A stretch of 64,000 nt of DNA from Polyangia bacterium (GTDB lineage Bacteria; Myxococcota_A; Polyangia; JAAYKL01), in assembly GCA_050287845.1 (NCBI GenBank), contig JBNKCR010000098.1:32001-96000 (forward strand), in the 5' to 3' direction. This document shows positions 47,585 to 56,106 of this stretch, piece after piece (the stretch's first letter is position 1; each line of letters starts with the position of its first letter). The notes below the pieces were generated by a model, which saw only the letters and a list, made by a program, of their open reading frames with translations, was not told the DNA's origin and did no database searches. Made by a program: the position numbers and the translations under genes.

Positions 47585-49222
47585 ATGAAACGAGCATCTC
47601 TGACTATTTTTGTACTGATCCTGTTAACATTGTCGGCGCCTGTGTACGCGGGGCTTTTTGACGATGCTGTGAGTGGCGATGCCAATGGGGGGGCATCTGA
47701 TGCTGGGGCAACATCAGAAAACATCGATGGCGCGGGAGGCGATGGCCAGACTCCGGGGGATGGTGGGGATGTCCGACCGAGAGTGGAAAGGGTTTCCGTA
47801 CCTGCGTTGAATTTTGATTTTAACGGATATGTGCGGGGAGATCTCTTTGTCGGAAAGATGCCCGGCTACTCGCGGGCGGAAGTGAAAAACGGCTATGGAG
47901 AGCTGGCGTTGAAGCTTCGGGTTTCCAAAGGCAGTTATGGCAGTGCGTTCGGTGAAGTAAGATTTAAAGGCGGTTATCTGAACGACAGTCATTATCTGGG
48001 GCAGCCCTCTGATACACCCACGCCTGGCGAAGACCGACTGGAAATGGGCGGTTCGGTACAACTTCGCGAAGCGTATGTGGACTGGTACCCTGGTCGATTG
48101 GAGTTTCGTCTTGGGCACCAGATTGTGCTTTGGGGGAGGGCCGATGGTATCAATCCGACAAACAACATCACACCCGTCGATATGCGAGTGCGTTCGCCGG
48201 AAGAAGATGATAGGCGAATGGCGAATGTTGGGTTGCGGGCCAAACTGGACTTGTCTCCGATTCGCATCGAAGGAATCTGGATGCCTGTCTACACCCCGTC
48301 GGTCATGCCACAGGTGAATCTGGCGAATGCGCTATTGTTCAACGAACCGGACTATCCCGATTTTGATATGGCAAATGGGCTCTTTGCCGGCAAGATTCAT
48401 TTGATTTTTCCCGCAGTGGAGATGTCAGTATCCTATCTCAATGGGTATTCGCTCACGCCAGGAATTGTTTACGCAGGAAACAATTTCAGCAGTGAGTATT
48501 ATGTCGCTCCCGACCCTGGATCAAGCGCGGACCCTCCTGATACGAAAACTGTAACACTCATGCGTAAAGCATATCGCCATCAGGTGGTCGGGTTCGATTT
48601 TTCAACAATATTGGGGTCCTTCATGGGACTGCGGGGAGAATTGGCGTTTCGCTTCCCGGAGGCACAGAACGAAGCCGCTGAAGATCGATATTATATTCCA
48701 AATCCTGATTTGTATTATGTAGTGGGTGCTGACAGGGAGTTCGGCAATTTAATGGTAGTAGCACAGTATGTTGGTCGCTACACGTTGGACTGGAAAGAAC
48801 GTCCCATCTACGACGAAGACGGGGAAGATTTTCTCAATTCTCTGCGCAACAAACCGAATCTGAATAATCTTGACGAGGCCGCCACCTGGGAAATGAGAGA
48901 AGGCCTCGTAGAGTATATCGCCACTACGGAGCTGGTGAAGACGAATCGGATGATACATGGTCAATCCGCCGAAGTTCAGCATGGTGTTTCGTTGCGGCTG
49001 AGCTGGAGCGCGTTGCATGAGTCGTTGAAACTGATTGCATTTGGGATGGTGAATTTCACTACACAGGAGTTTTTAATCTACCCCAAAATACAATACGTAG
49101 TCACTGATGATATGACGGTAAGTGCCGGTGCTGAAATATACGTCGGTCCGGACGACACGCTGTTTGGCATGATCGACGATACATTGACTGCCGGATACAC
49201 TGAGCTGAAAGTATCGTTCTGA
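47585..49222 (+). CDS. Outer-membrane beta-barrel (DUF1302-like, MMPL/LolA-associated)
   Basis: Signal peptide, LREAYVDW, RLGHQIVLWGRADGINP, terminal YTELKVSF beta-signal. Confidence 0.75.
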   Translation: MKRASLTIFVLILLTLSAPVYAGLFDDAVSGDANGGASDAGATSENIDGAGGDGQTPGDGGDVRPRVERVSVPALNFDFNGYVRGDLFVGKMPGYSRAEVKNGYGELALKLRVSKGSYGSAFGEVRFKGGYLNDSHYLGQPSDTPTPGEDRLEMGGSVQLREAYVDWYPGRLEFRLGHQIVLWGRADGINPTNNITPVDMRVRSPEEDDRRMANVGLRAKLDLSPIRIEGIWMPVYTPSVMPQVNLANALLFNEPDYPDFDMANGLFAGKIHLIFPAVEMSVSYLNGYSLTPGIVYAGNNFSSEYYVAPDPGSSADPPDTKTVTLMRKAYRHQVVGFDFSTILGSFMGLRGELAFRFPEAQNEAAEDRYYIPNPDLYYVVGADREFGNLMVVAQYVGRYTLDWKERPIYDEDGEDFLNSLRNKPNLNNLDEAATWEMREGLVEYIATTELVKTNRMIHGQSAEVQHGVSLRLSWSALHESLKLIAFGMVNFTTQEFLIYPKIQYVVTDDMTVSAGAEIYVGPDDTLFGMIDDTLTAGYTELKVSF

Positions 49223-49246
49223 TCAGAAGCGGATAGGGAACACATC

Positions 49247-51559
49247 ATGTCAGGGAATTCTAAACTGTCGGAATTCATTACACGGTACCCATGGCCGTTC
49301 ATTGTGCTGTTTGTGGGAGTCACCGTTCTGGCTGGCATGCAACTTCCGGATGTACAACTCGATACCGAAATGAAAAATCAGTTGCCGGATGATTTGCCCG
49401 CACGGCTCAATCTCTCAAGAATTGAATCACTTTTTGGCGGCACTGACATGATCATGATCATTCTCTCTGCCGATGATATCCTCAAAAAAGAAGTTGCTGA
49501 ACGCGCAAAGGCAATGTCGAAGAAATTTCAGAGAATAAAGGAATTCGACCGTGTAGTGACGCTTTTTACCGCAAAGAATATTGTGGGGGACTTTGGCGGT
49601 ATCTCCGTTGAAAAAGCTGTGCCACGTATTCCCAAAACGGAAAAATCGCGGAAAAAACTGCGCGAGAATCTGAAGGAAAACGAGCTGGTGTACGGCAATA
49701 TCGTATCGAAGGATTTTAAACACACAGCGCTGATTGGATTTTTATCCACCGATGCCTCCGATGAAACGGTTGTGAAGAAACTGGAAGATATCATTGCCAA
49801 TACACCAGGGCCCGGAACGGCACTGGTGGGTGGAATGCCCGTCACACGGGTAAAATTGTCACAGGATATTCGCAAGGATATGAGCCGGTTTTTGCCGTAT
49901 GGCCTCGCCCTGATGTTTGTATTTCTGTTGCTTTGTTTCAGGGAAACAAGAAGCGTATTGATGCCGTTTATTATTACCATCATGGCAATTATTGTTGCTC
50001 TTGGGGTGCTGGCATTTCTGGGTTGGAAGATTCACACTGTGACCGTGTTGCTTCCTGTGATCCTGCTTGCTGTGGCCAATGATTATGGCATTCATATCAT
50101 GGCGCACTACCAGGCGGATAAAAGTCTACATGAGAATTGGTCCTCTCGGGACCTGGCGCGTTCGGCGATTACCGGATTGAATCAGCCAATTCTTGCCAGT
50201 GGTATTACCACAATGGTCGGACTGCTCTGTCTGCTCTCGCACATTATTATTCCCGCTGAGCAGTTGGGCGTTCTGGCAGCGATTGGTGTGGCATTCGCGG
50301 TTCTCGGCAGTCTTATATTCATCCCAGCCGTCATTGCCATCCTTCCGAAGCCCAGGATAAAGAGGAGCACCGAGGGCTCAGCTCGCAATGTCGCATCCAC
50401 GATGTCCAGGTTGCTTCAGTTCACTGGGAATTTTGTATGTCGACGGCCAAAGACTATTCTGACTGTCAGTATGATAGTGCTGCTTACTTTTGCCGGGGGT
50501 GCATATTTCATCGTTGTAGATAGCAATCCCATGAATTTTTATCGGAAAGGTGATCCGGTGTGGAAGGCGACAGATATGCTGAACAAACACTTTGGTGGGT
50601 GGGCCGGTATATCCATTGTCGCGGACGGTGACGTAAAGGATCCGAAAGTGATGAAGGACATCGATCGCCTCGAAAAGCACATGAAGAAGCATCCCCTGGT
50701 CGGATCCACATCCTCTATCGCGGCGGTAGTGCGAACGATGAACCAGGTGATGAACGAAAACGCACCATCGGAGAATCGAATTCCCGATTCGAGAGAGCTG
50801 ATTGCACAATATTTCGAACTGTATATGCTCAGCGGAGACATCGACGATTTCAACAAATTGGTGGACTTTAATTTCGAGCATGCCCAGGTGGTGGCTCAAG
50901 TGAAAGATAGTGGTACAACGGCTGCCACTGCGGTAGTCCAGCATGCCAGAGAATTTATGAAAGCCAATCCGGATTCACCATTTAAGATTAGTGGCGGTCT
51001 TCTCGATGTGATTGCCAATCTCGTAGACTATATTGTGCGTGGTCAGCTCTATAGCCTCTTTCTTTCGATTCTCCTCTGCGGTTTTCTGGTTTCCCTCCTG
51101 ATGCGCTCGGTGGTTGCCGGTCTGATTTCGATCATTCCATTAGGAATCGCGGTGTCCATGTTATTTGGATTAATGGGAATTCTGGGGATTGAATTGAATC
51201 TTATTACTGCAATGCTGTCATCTATCATGATTGGGGTCGGAATTGACTACACCATTCATTTTTTATGGAGATATCGCGACGAACGGAAATTGGCTGCGCC
51301 AATGGACGCCGTAAAAACAACATTGAACACTGCCGGTCGTGGAATATTGTTCAATGCGTTTTCGGTGGTTGTGGGATTTGTTGTATTGCTTCTGTCTCAG
51401 TTTTTCCCGGTTCAGTTTTTCGGTCTGCTGGTAGTGGTTTCAATTATGTCGTGTCTTGTTGGCGCGTTGGTTGTACTACCGGCCGCAATCATTGTGTTTA
51501 AACCAGCGTTTCTGGAACCTGCGACAAAACAAAATGAATCAACAGCAGCCGCTGCATAG
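49247..51559 (+). CDS. MMPL-family RND transporter
   Basis: Two-fold repeat of TM - periplasmic loop - 5 TM, with ANDYGIH and GIDYTIH motifs. Confidence 0.92.
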   Translation: MSGNSKLSEFITRYPWPFIVLFVGVTVLAGMQLPDVQLDTEMKNQLPDDLPARLNLSRIESLFGGTDMIMIILSADDILKKEVAERAKAMSKKFQRIKEFDRVVTLFTAKNIVGDFGGISVEKAVPRIPKTEKSRKKLRENLKENELVYGNIVSKDFKHTALIGFLSTDASDETVVKKLEDIIANTPGPGTALVGGMPVTRVKLSQDIRKDMSRFLPYGLALMFVFLLLCFRETRSVLMPFIITIMAIIVALGVLAFLGWKIHTVTVLLPVILLAVANDYGIHIMAHYQADKSLHENWSSRDLARSAITGLNQPILASGITTMVGLLCLLSHIIIPAEQLGVLAAIGVAFAVLGSLIFIPAVIAILPKPRIKRSTEGSARNVASTMSRLLQFTGNFVCRRPKTILTVSMIVLLTFAGGAYFIVVDSNPMNFYRKGDPVWKATDMLNKHFGGWAGISIVADGDVKDPKVMKDIDRLEKHMKKHPLVGSTSSIAAVVRTMNQVMNENAPSENRIPDSRELIAQYFELYMLSGDIDDFNKLVDFNFEHAQVVAQVKDSGTTAATAVVQHAREFMKANPDSPFKISGGLLDVIANLVDYIVRGQLYSLFLSILLCGFLVSLLMRSVVAGLISIIPLGIAVSMLFGLMGILGIELNLITAMLSSIMIGVGIDYTIHFLWRYRDERKLAAPMDAVKTTLNTAGRGILFNAFSVVVGFVVLLLSQFFPVQFFGLLVVVSIMSCLVGALVVLPAAIIVFKPAFLEPATKQNESTAAAA

Positions 51560-51596
51560 CAATTGCTATAATTTGGCTTGGATGAGGAGGTCTGCA

Positions 51597-52421
51597 ATGA
51601 AATTAAAAAATAAGGTTGCCATCAATACCGCAGGTGCGGCGATTGCCGTGGGTGCGTTATTGTGTATTTTTTCGGGAAGCGTGACCGGGGCGAATCTTTC
51701 GGCAATGGATATCATGAAGAAAACCAATGAAGCAAGACAACTGGAAGGTTCGGAAGCAGTGATGCAACTTACCATAAAAAATGCGAAAGGCGACAAAAGG
51801 GTCCGGAAAATCGCCATGGTCAGCAAGTTGTTTGACAGTGGGAAAACGGAAAAGCGTGTGTATCGATTTCTGGCTCCGGCGGATGTGAAGGGGACTGGCA
51901 TATTGGCTTTCGATTACGAAAACAAAAACGATGACATGTGGATATATCTTCCTGCGTTGCGCAAGACGCGTCGGATTGTGACTTCTGAACGCGCAAAAAG
52001 TTTTATGGGAAGTGAATTCTCATATGCAGATATGAATTCGCCCACCTTGAGCGACTACAAATTCCGGATAGTAAAAGAAGAGTCTGTTGATGGCGTCAGT
52101 TGCTGGAAAATCGAGGCTACACCAAAGAATGATACGGTGGCTGAAGACGAAGGCTATTCCAGTAAAAATGTCTGGGTTGCCAAGGACGAATTCACGATTC
52201 GCAAAGCGGAGTATTTCGACCTTGATGGTGAGCTGCTGAAGGTGCTCACCAGTCGCAATATCGTGCTGGTGGACAGTGCGAAAAAGCGATATCGCTCCAA
52301 GTATATGGCCATGACGAATAAACAGAACGGTCGTGAATCTATTTTCGAAATTGAAAAGATTGAAAATGCACCCAATACGAAGGATTCCTATTTTACTACA
52401 GGGTATCTGGAACGACCCTGA
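51597..52421 (+). CDS. LolA-like outer membrane lipoprotein-sorting protein
   Basis: FLAPADVKGT, DDMWIYLPALRKTRRI, SFMGSEFSYAD; GAGGAGG RBS. Confidence 0.9.
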   Translation: MKLKNKVAINTAGAAIAVGALLCIFSGSVTGANLSAMDIMKKTNEARQLEGSEAVMQLTIKNAKGDKRVRKIAMVSKLFDSGKTEKRVYRFLAPADVKGTGILAFDYENKNDDMWIYLPALRKTRRIVTSERAKSFMGSEFSYADMNSPTLSDYKFRIVKEESVDGVSCWKIEATPKNDTVAEDEGYSSKNVWVAKDEFTIRKAEYFDLDGELLKVLTSRNIVLVDSAKKRYRSKYMAMTNKQNGRESIFEIEKIENAPNTKDSYFTTGYLERP

Positions 52422-52429
52422 CATTCAAT

Positions 52430-52462
52430 GGTGTTTCGCCTGGTGTTGAAATACCTGTTTTT
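52430..52462 (+). terminator. Possible internal terminator/stabilising hairpin
   Basis: GGTGTTTCG/TGAAATACC stem followed by TGTTTTT. Confidence 0.4.
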
Positions 52463-52486
52463 GATTCAAATTAAAGGAGGACTCAA

Positions 52487-54178
52487 ATGACTAAATATTG
52501 GCGCCTTTTAATTGGCATGGGCGTATTGCTGAGCATGGCATTGTCGGGAGGATGTGGCGCGGACCCGGCGGGGACTGCGGATTCAGACATTGACTCAGAT
52601 AGCGATACGGATACCGATTCTGACACGGATTCTGATTCGGACAGTGATTCAGATGGCGATACGGATACAGACAGTGATTCAGATACAGACAGTGATTCAG
52701 ATACGGATTCGGATTCCGATACCAATGAGTATACATGCGAGTATAGTTGCCTGAATCACTGTGCGTCGTGGGGGGGGACTCCCCGGGAGGGCACCTGTCC
52801 GAATCAACAGCGTTGTTGTGATGGGGCCACAGCGCCGGATGCGGATTCCGATTCTGACACCGATTCCGATTCCGATTCGGATTCAGACACGGACACCGAT
52901 ACTGATTCGGACACAGATACGGATAGCGATAGTGACGGCGACGGCGATTTTGAAATTGATGCATCGACCGCTCCAAATGTTCCCACCGTGGGCATTGTGA
53001 AATGGTCGCTGAACGGCGTGAACAGCATTGATGAGGCGTCTATTGAATTTGGCCCGGATGATGGCTACGGTATGACCGCCCCTGTGGATTTGGATGAGCC
53101 GGATTTCAAAACGTTGCTTCTTGGAATGAAGCACGATGCGAATTATCATTTCCGTATTGTCGCCAAGGCGGGCGGCACTACATACAGAAGCGATGATCAG
53201 ACTTTGAAAACAGGGCCTACTTTAACTATCCAATTGCCCAATATAGAGATACAGCAACCCGGCAAAACCGAAGACGGCTTTCTCGTCATTGCAACCTACA
53301 ATGGCGGTGCCATGGGCGCACAGAATCCCATGGGGCTAATCTTCGACAATGATGGTGATCTGGTTTGGTTCTATGACAGCAATCTACGGGATAGTACCCG
53401 TGCCCGCATGAGTTACGATGGGAAATGGATGGCCATTGTTCCTGTGAATAACGAGGGAACTTCCGGTAGTGTGGAGATGGTTTCCATGGACGGTGAAACA
53501 AAGAAATCATTTCCTATCTCTGGCGCAGCACATGATATTACCCCCACCGACGACAACAAATGGGCGTTTCTGGAATATTCTTCCGGAGGTGTCATGGGGG
53601 TTGCTGCCACTTGTGCCAAGGCCGTTGAATTGGACATGGATGGCAATACGCAAGTGATCTTCGATTCTGCCCAGGTGTGGACCAACAATTGCCACGGCAA
53701 TGCGCTTCGGTTTTCTGCGGACGATGGTATTTTTACCATGTCAGACATGAATCACAGTCAGATAGTGGCATTTGACAAAAATGGCACTCAGAAATGGGTG
53801 ACACAGAATAATGGTACCTGGACATCCCAGCATGGTCATCAGTTGATAGAAGGGAACAAACTGTTGATTTTCAATAATGGTGGCAGTCTGATGGACATGA
53901 ATGCGACCAGCCATGCACTTGAATTTACTGTTGATGGAAGCGGCTCCCTGACCAAGACGTTTGATTATTCCGTAGAAGGATTGGGGACACCGACCTTGGG
54001 AGATGTTCAGCGATTGCCAGGCGGCAATACATTGATTTCATACAGTAACTCAGCCATTGTTCACGAAGTTGATTCGTCGGGAAATCTGGTTCGGAGTTGG
54101 AATTTTGGCCAGGTCGCATTCGGATATGTTGTATGGCGTCCAACGTTGTACGGACCATCCCCGGATTTGAATATGTAG
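52487..54178 (+). CDS. DS-repeat lipoprotein with aryl-sulfate sulfotransferase (ASST)-like beta-propeller
   Basis: GG-C lipobox, two DS/DT tracts, Ig/FN3-like segment, GDLVWFY, HDI, HGNAL, QHGH, LLIFNN, GDVQRLPGGNTLI. Confidence 0.78.
   Translation: MTKYWRLLIGMGVLLSMALSGGCGADPAGTADSDIDSDSDTDTDSDTDSDSDSDSDGDTDTDSDSDTDSDSDTDSDSDTNEYTCEYSCLNHCASWGGTPREGTCPNQQRCCDGATAPDADSDSDTDSDSDSDSDTDTDTDSDTDTDSDSDGDGDFEIDASTAPNVPTVGIVKWSLNGVNSIDEASIEFGPDDGYGMTAPVDLDEPDFKTLLLGMKHDANYHFRIVAKAGGTTYRSDDQTLKTGPTLTIQLPNIEIQQPGKTEDGFLVIATYNGGAMGAQNPMGLIFDNDGDLVWFYDSNLRDSTRARMSYDGKWMAIVPVNNEGTSGSVEMVSMDGETKKSFPISGAAHDITPTDDNKWAFLEYSSGGVMGVAATCAKAVELDMDGNTQVIFDSAQVWTNNCHGNALRFSADDGIFTMSDMNHSQIVAFDKNGTQKWVTQNNGTWTSQHGHQLIEGNKLLIFNNGGSLMDMNATSHALEFTVDGSGSLTKTFDYSVEGLGTPTLGDVQRLPGGNTLISYSNSAIVHEVDSSGNLVRSWNFGQVAFGYVVWRPTLYGPSPDLNM
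52580..52723 (+). repeat. Asp-Ser/Asp-Thr dipeptide repeat tract 1
   Basis: Degenerate 6-nt GAY-TCN/ACN/AGY repeats. Confidence 0.9.
52838..52948 (+). repeat. Asp-Ser/Asp-Thr dipeptide repeat tract 2
   Basis: Same repeat type as tract 1. Confidence 0.9.
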
Positions 54179-54283
54179 AACGTTTATTTCTCAACCCGTT
54201 CAAACGAGACGAACCCATCAGAAGTACAAGTTTGTGAATCGGATAGGGCTCTGAAGAAAACAGTGTAAAGGAGAATCAGAGAG

Positions 54284-55423
54284 ATGTTATTTTTTGTGAG
54301 ACTTTTTGCAGTATTGATGGGAATTGCCTTTTTGGGAATTGGAGGATGTGGTGGAACGGAAGGGGAGAGTGGGGATTCAGACAGCAATTCAGACTCTGAT
54401 TCAGACGGTGACACAGATTCCGATTCAGACACAGACTCAGATACTGATACGGATACGGATACGGATGGGGATGAACAGGTGAGCTGTGATGCGCTTTCAT
54501 TTGAGGATGATTCTGTGCTGCTGAAACTTCTGGATGATCAGAATTATACCTTCTGGAATGAGCTGGAGATTGAATCTACAACGGTGAAATCCAGAAGCAA
54601 TATCAAGTTCAGCTGGGGAAACTTGGATGAGGATTTTCTGGGTACACCGATGGATCCGGAACAGGACGTGCAGGCACTTCTTGTGTCCATATGGGAGCAT
54701 GATGCAGAGGAAACGAAGGAATTGATGAACACCAATCTCTGGGTTATGGATGATTTCGTCATTCCCCCGGGTATGTTTGTCACCAACGGTGAATTGACAG
54801 AAGCGAATTATCTGGAGTTCGAGACTACTTCTGGCTCTCCCGTCACGGAGGAGTTACTGACGAGCCTGATCGATCCATCGGAGCTGTCGCCAGACGAAAC
54901 CACATACTCGGTGATGGTGCAAAGCGGTACTAACCCTGGCCAGGATGTGAGAATGATTGCCATGTTCTCAGTGTCTGACGACGAGGAAAATGAGGAAGTC
55001 GTTATTAATTCCGATTCAACGAAGTTGCAGTTTAAAGCCACATTGGACGATATGGATGCCATTCCTGTTCCGGATGGCGTATCGGACATCAAGATTGACT
55101 GGACAGATTCTCCGATTTACGACTCCATGGACCAACTTTTTGATTCGTCAACTGTACAACGGGTGATGGTGGCTTACTACGAGGATGAAACTCTTGATGA
55201 TTTGGAGAACAACTTTCTGCAACTGGAAGACATGGCAGAAAAAGTCTGGTCAGTGAATCACCGTCTCGGCACATATGAAAATCTTTCGAATCTGAAGGAT
55301 GAAAACGGCGACGCGTTTGAAGGTATAAACGATGACGGATTGTATATTCTCGCTTTATTGTGTGAGTCATGTTCGAATCCAGCGCCACGATTCCTGTCCG
55401 TGTTGAAAACCTGTGCACCGTAG
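54284..55423 (+). CDS. DS-repeat acidic hypothetical lipoprotein
   Basis: GG-C lipobox, DS/DT tract, C-terminal CESCSNPAPRFL...C. Confidence 0.78.
   Translation: MLFFVRLFAVLMGIAFLGIGGCGGTEGESGDSDSNSDSDSDGDTDSDSDTDSDTDTDTDTDGDEQVSCDALSFEDDSVLLKLLDDQNYTFWNELEIESTTVKSRSNIKFSWGNLDEDFLGTPMDPEQDVQALLVSIWEHDAEETKELMNTNLWVMDDFVIPPGMFVTNGELTEANYLEFETTSGSPVTEELLTSLIDPSELSPDETTYSVMVQSGTNPGQDVRMIAMFSVSDDEENEEVVINSDSTKLQFKATLDDMDAIPVPDGVSDIKIDWTDSPIYDSMDQLFDSSTVQRVMVAYYEDETLDDLENNFLQLEDMAEKVWSVNHRLGTYENLSNLKDENGDAFEGINDDGLYILALLCESCSNPAPRFLSVLKTCAP
54374..54472 (+). repeat. Asp-Ser/Asp-Thr dipeptide repeat tract 3
   Basis: GATTCA/GATACG-type degenerate repeats. Confidence 0.9.
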
Positions 55424-55476
55424 TATGAATCTGCACGGATTGGTAAAGATCTGCGTGAGACGTTATAGGAGACTTC

Positions 55477-56070
55477 ATGAAACTGATTCGGAAAAAAAAC
55501 ATGGGAACGGCAATGCTCTGGATTGCTCTGTTCATGCTGTCCTCCAGCATATCGCAACCGGTCCATTGCGCCACAGCACAGACAAAGATTGTTGCTGGAA
55601 AGTCATTGAAACTGCTGGGGACCGCTCTTCGGGAGTTTTTGTTCATCGACATATACAAACTGACGGCCTACTCCGAAAGCGGCGACTGTAGACAACAGTC
55701 AATTATTTACAACTCAGAAGTAAAACTGCTCGTTCTGTCGATGAAAAAAACGTTGCCCAAAGAGCGTTTGGTTTCCACCCTGCGCGAAACGTTTATGGAC
55801 AATCTTCCCACTGAAAAAAACAATTCAGGTCTGATTTCTAAGATTGATACATTTCTATCGTATTTTAAACAGGATATAAAAAAGGGGAGCTATGTGGAGA
55901 TTATTTTTATCCCCGGCAGAGGCACAATGTTGAAAGAGAACGGTGCTCAACTGGGACAGCTCACCAGTGGCAAGGATTTTTCCGATTTGATATGGCGGTC
56001 ATACTTCGGGCCGAATACCTGTTGTCCTTCACTGAAGTCTTCCATCCTGAAAGAATGCAAGTCCCGCTGA
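55477..56070 (+). CDS. Chalcone-isomerase-fold (Chalcone_3-like) exported protein
   Basis: Signal peptide, L.LLG.ALREFLFIDIY, FIPGRGT, F...IWRSYFG pattern. Confidence 0.75.
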   Translation: MKLIRKKNMGTAMLWIALFMLSSSISQPVHCATAQTKIVAGKSLKLLGTALREFLFIDIYKLTAYSESGDCRQQSIIYNSEVKLLVLSMKKTLPKERLVSTLRETFMDNLPTEKNNSGLISKIDTFLSYFKQDIKKGSYVEIIFIPGRGTMLKENGAQLGQLTSGKDFSDLIWRSYFGPNTCCPSLKSSILKECKSR

Positions 56071-56106
56071 TGCATACCTGTTTACGCACATTGCGCGTTG
56101 ACGGAT

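Noticed and set aside
52580..54472. Short tandem DNA repeats as a possible CRISPR array or VNTR
   Set aside because: They are in-frame degenerate dipeptide codon repeats with no repeat-spacer structure and no cas genes.
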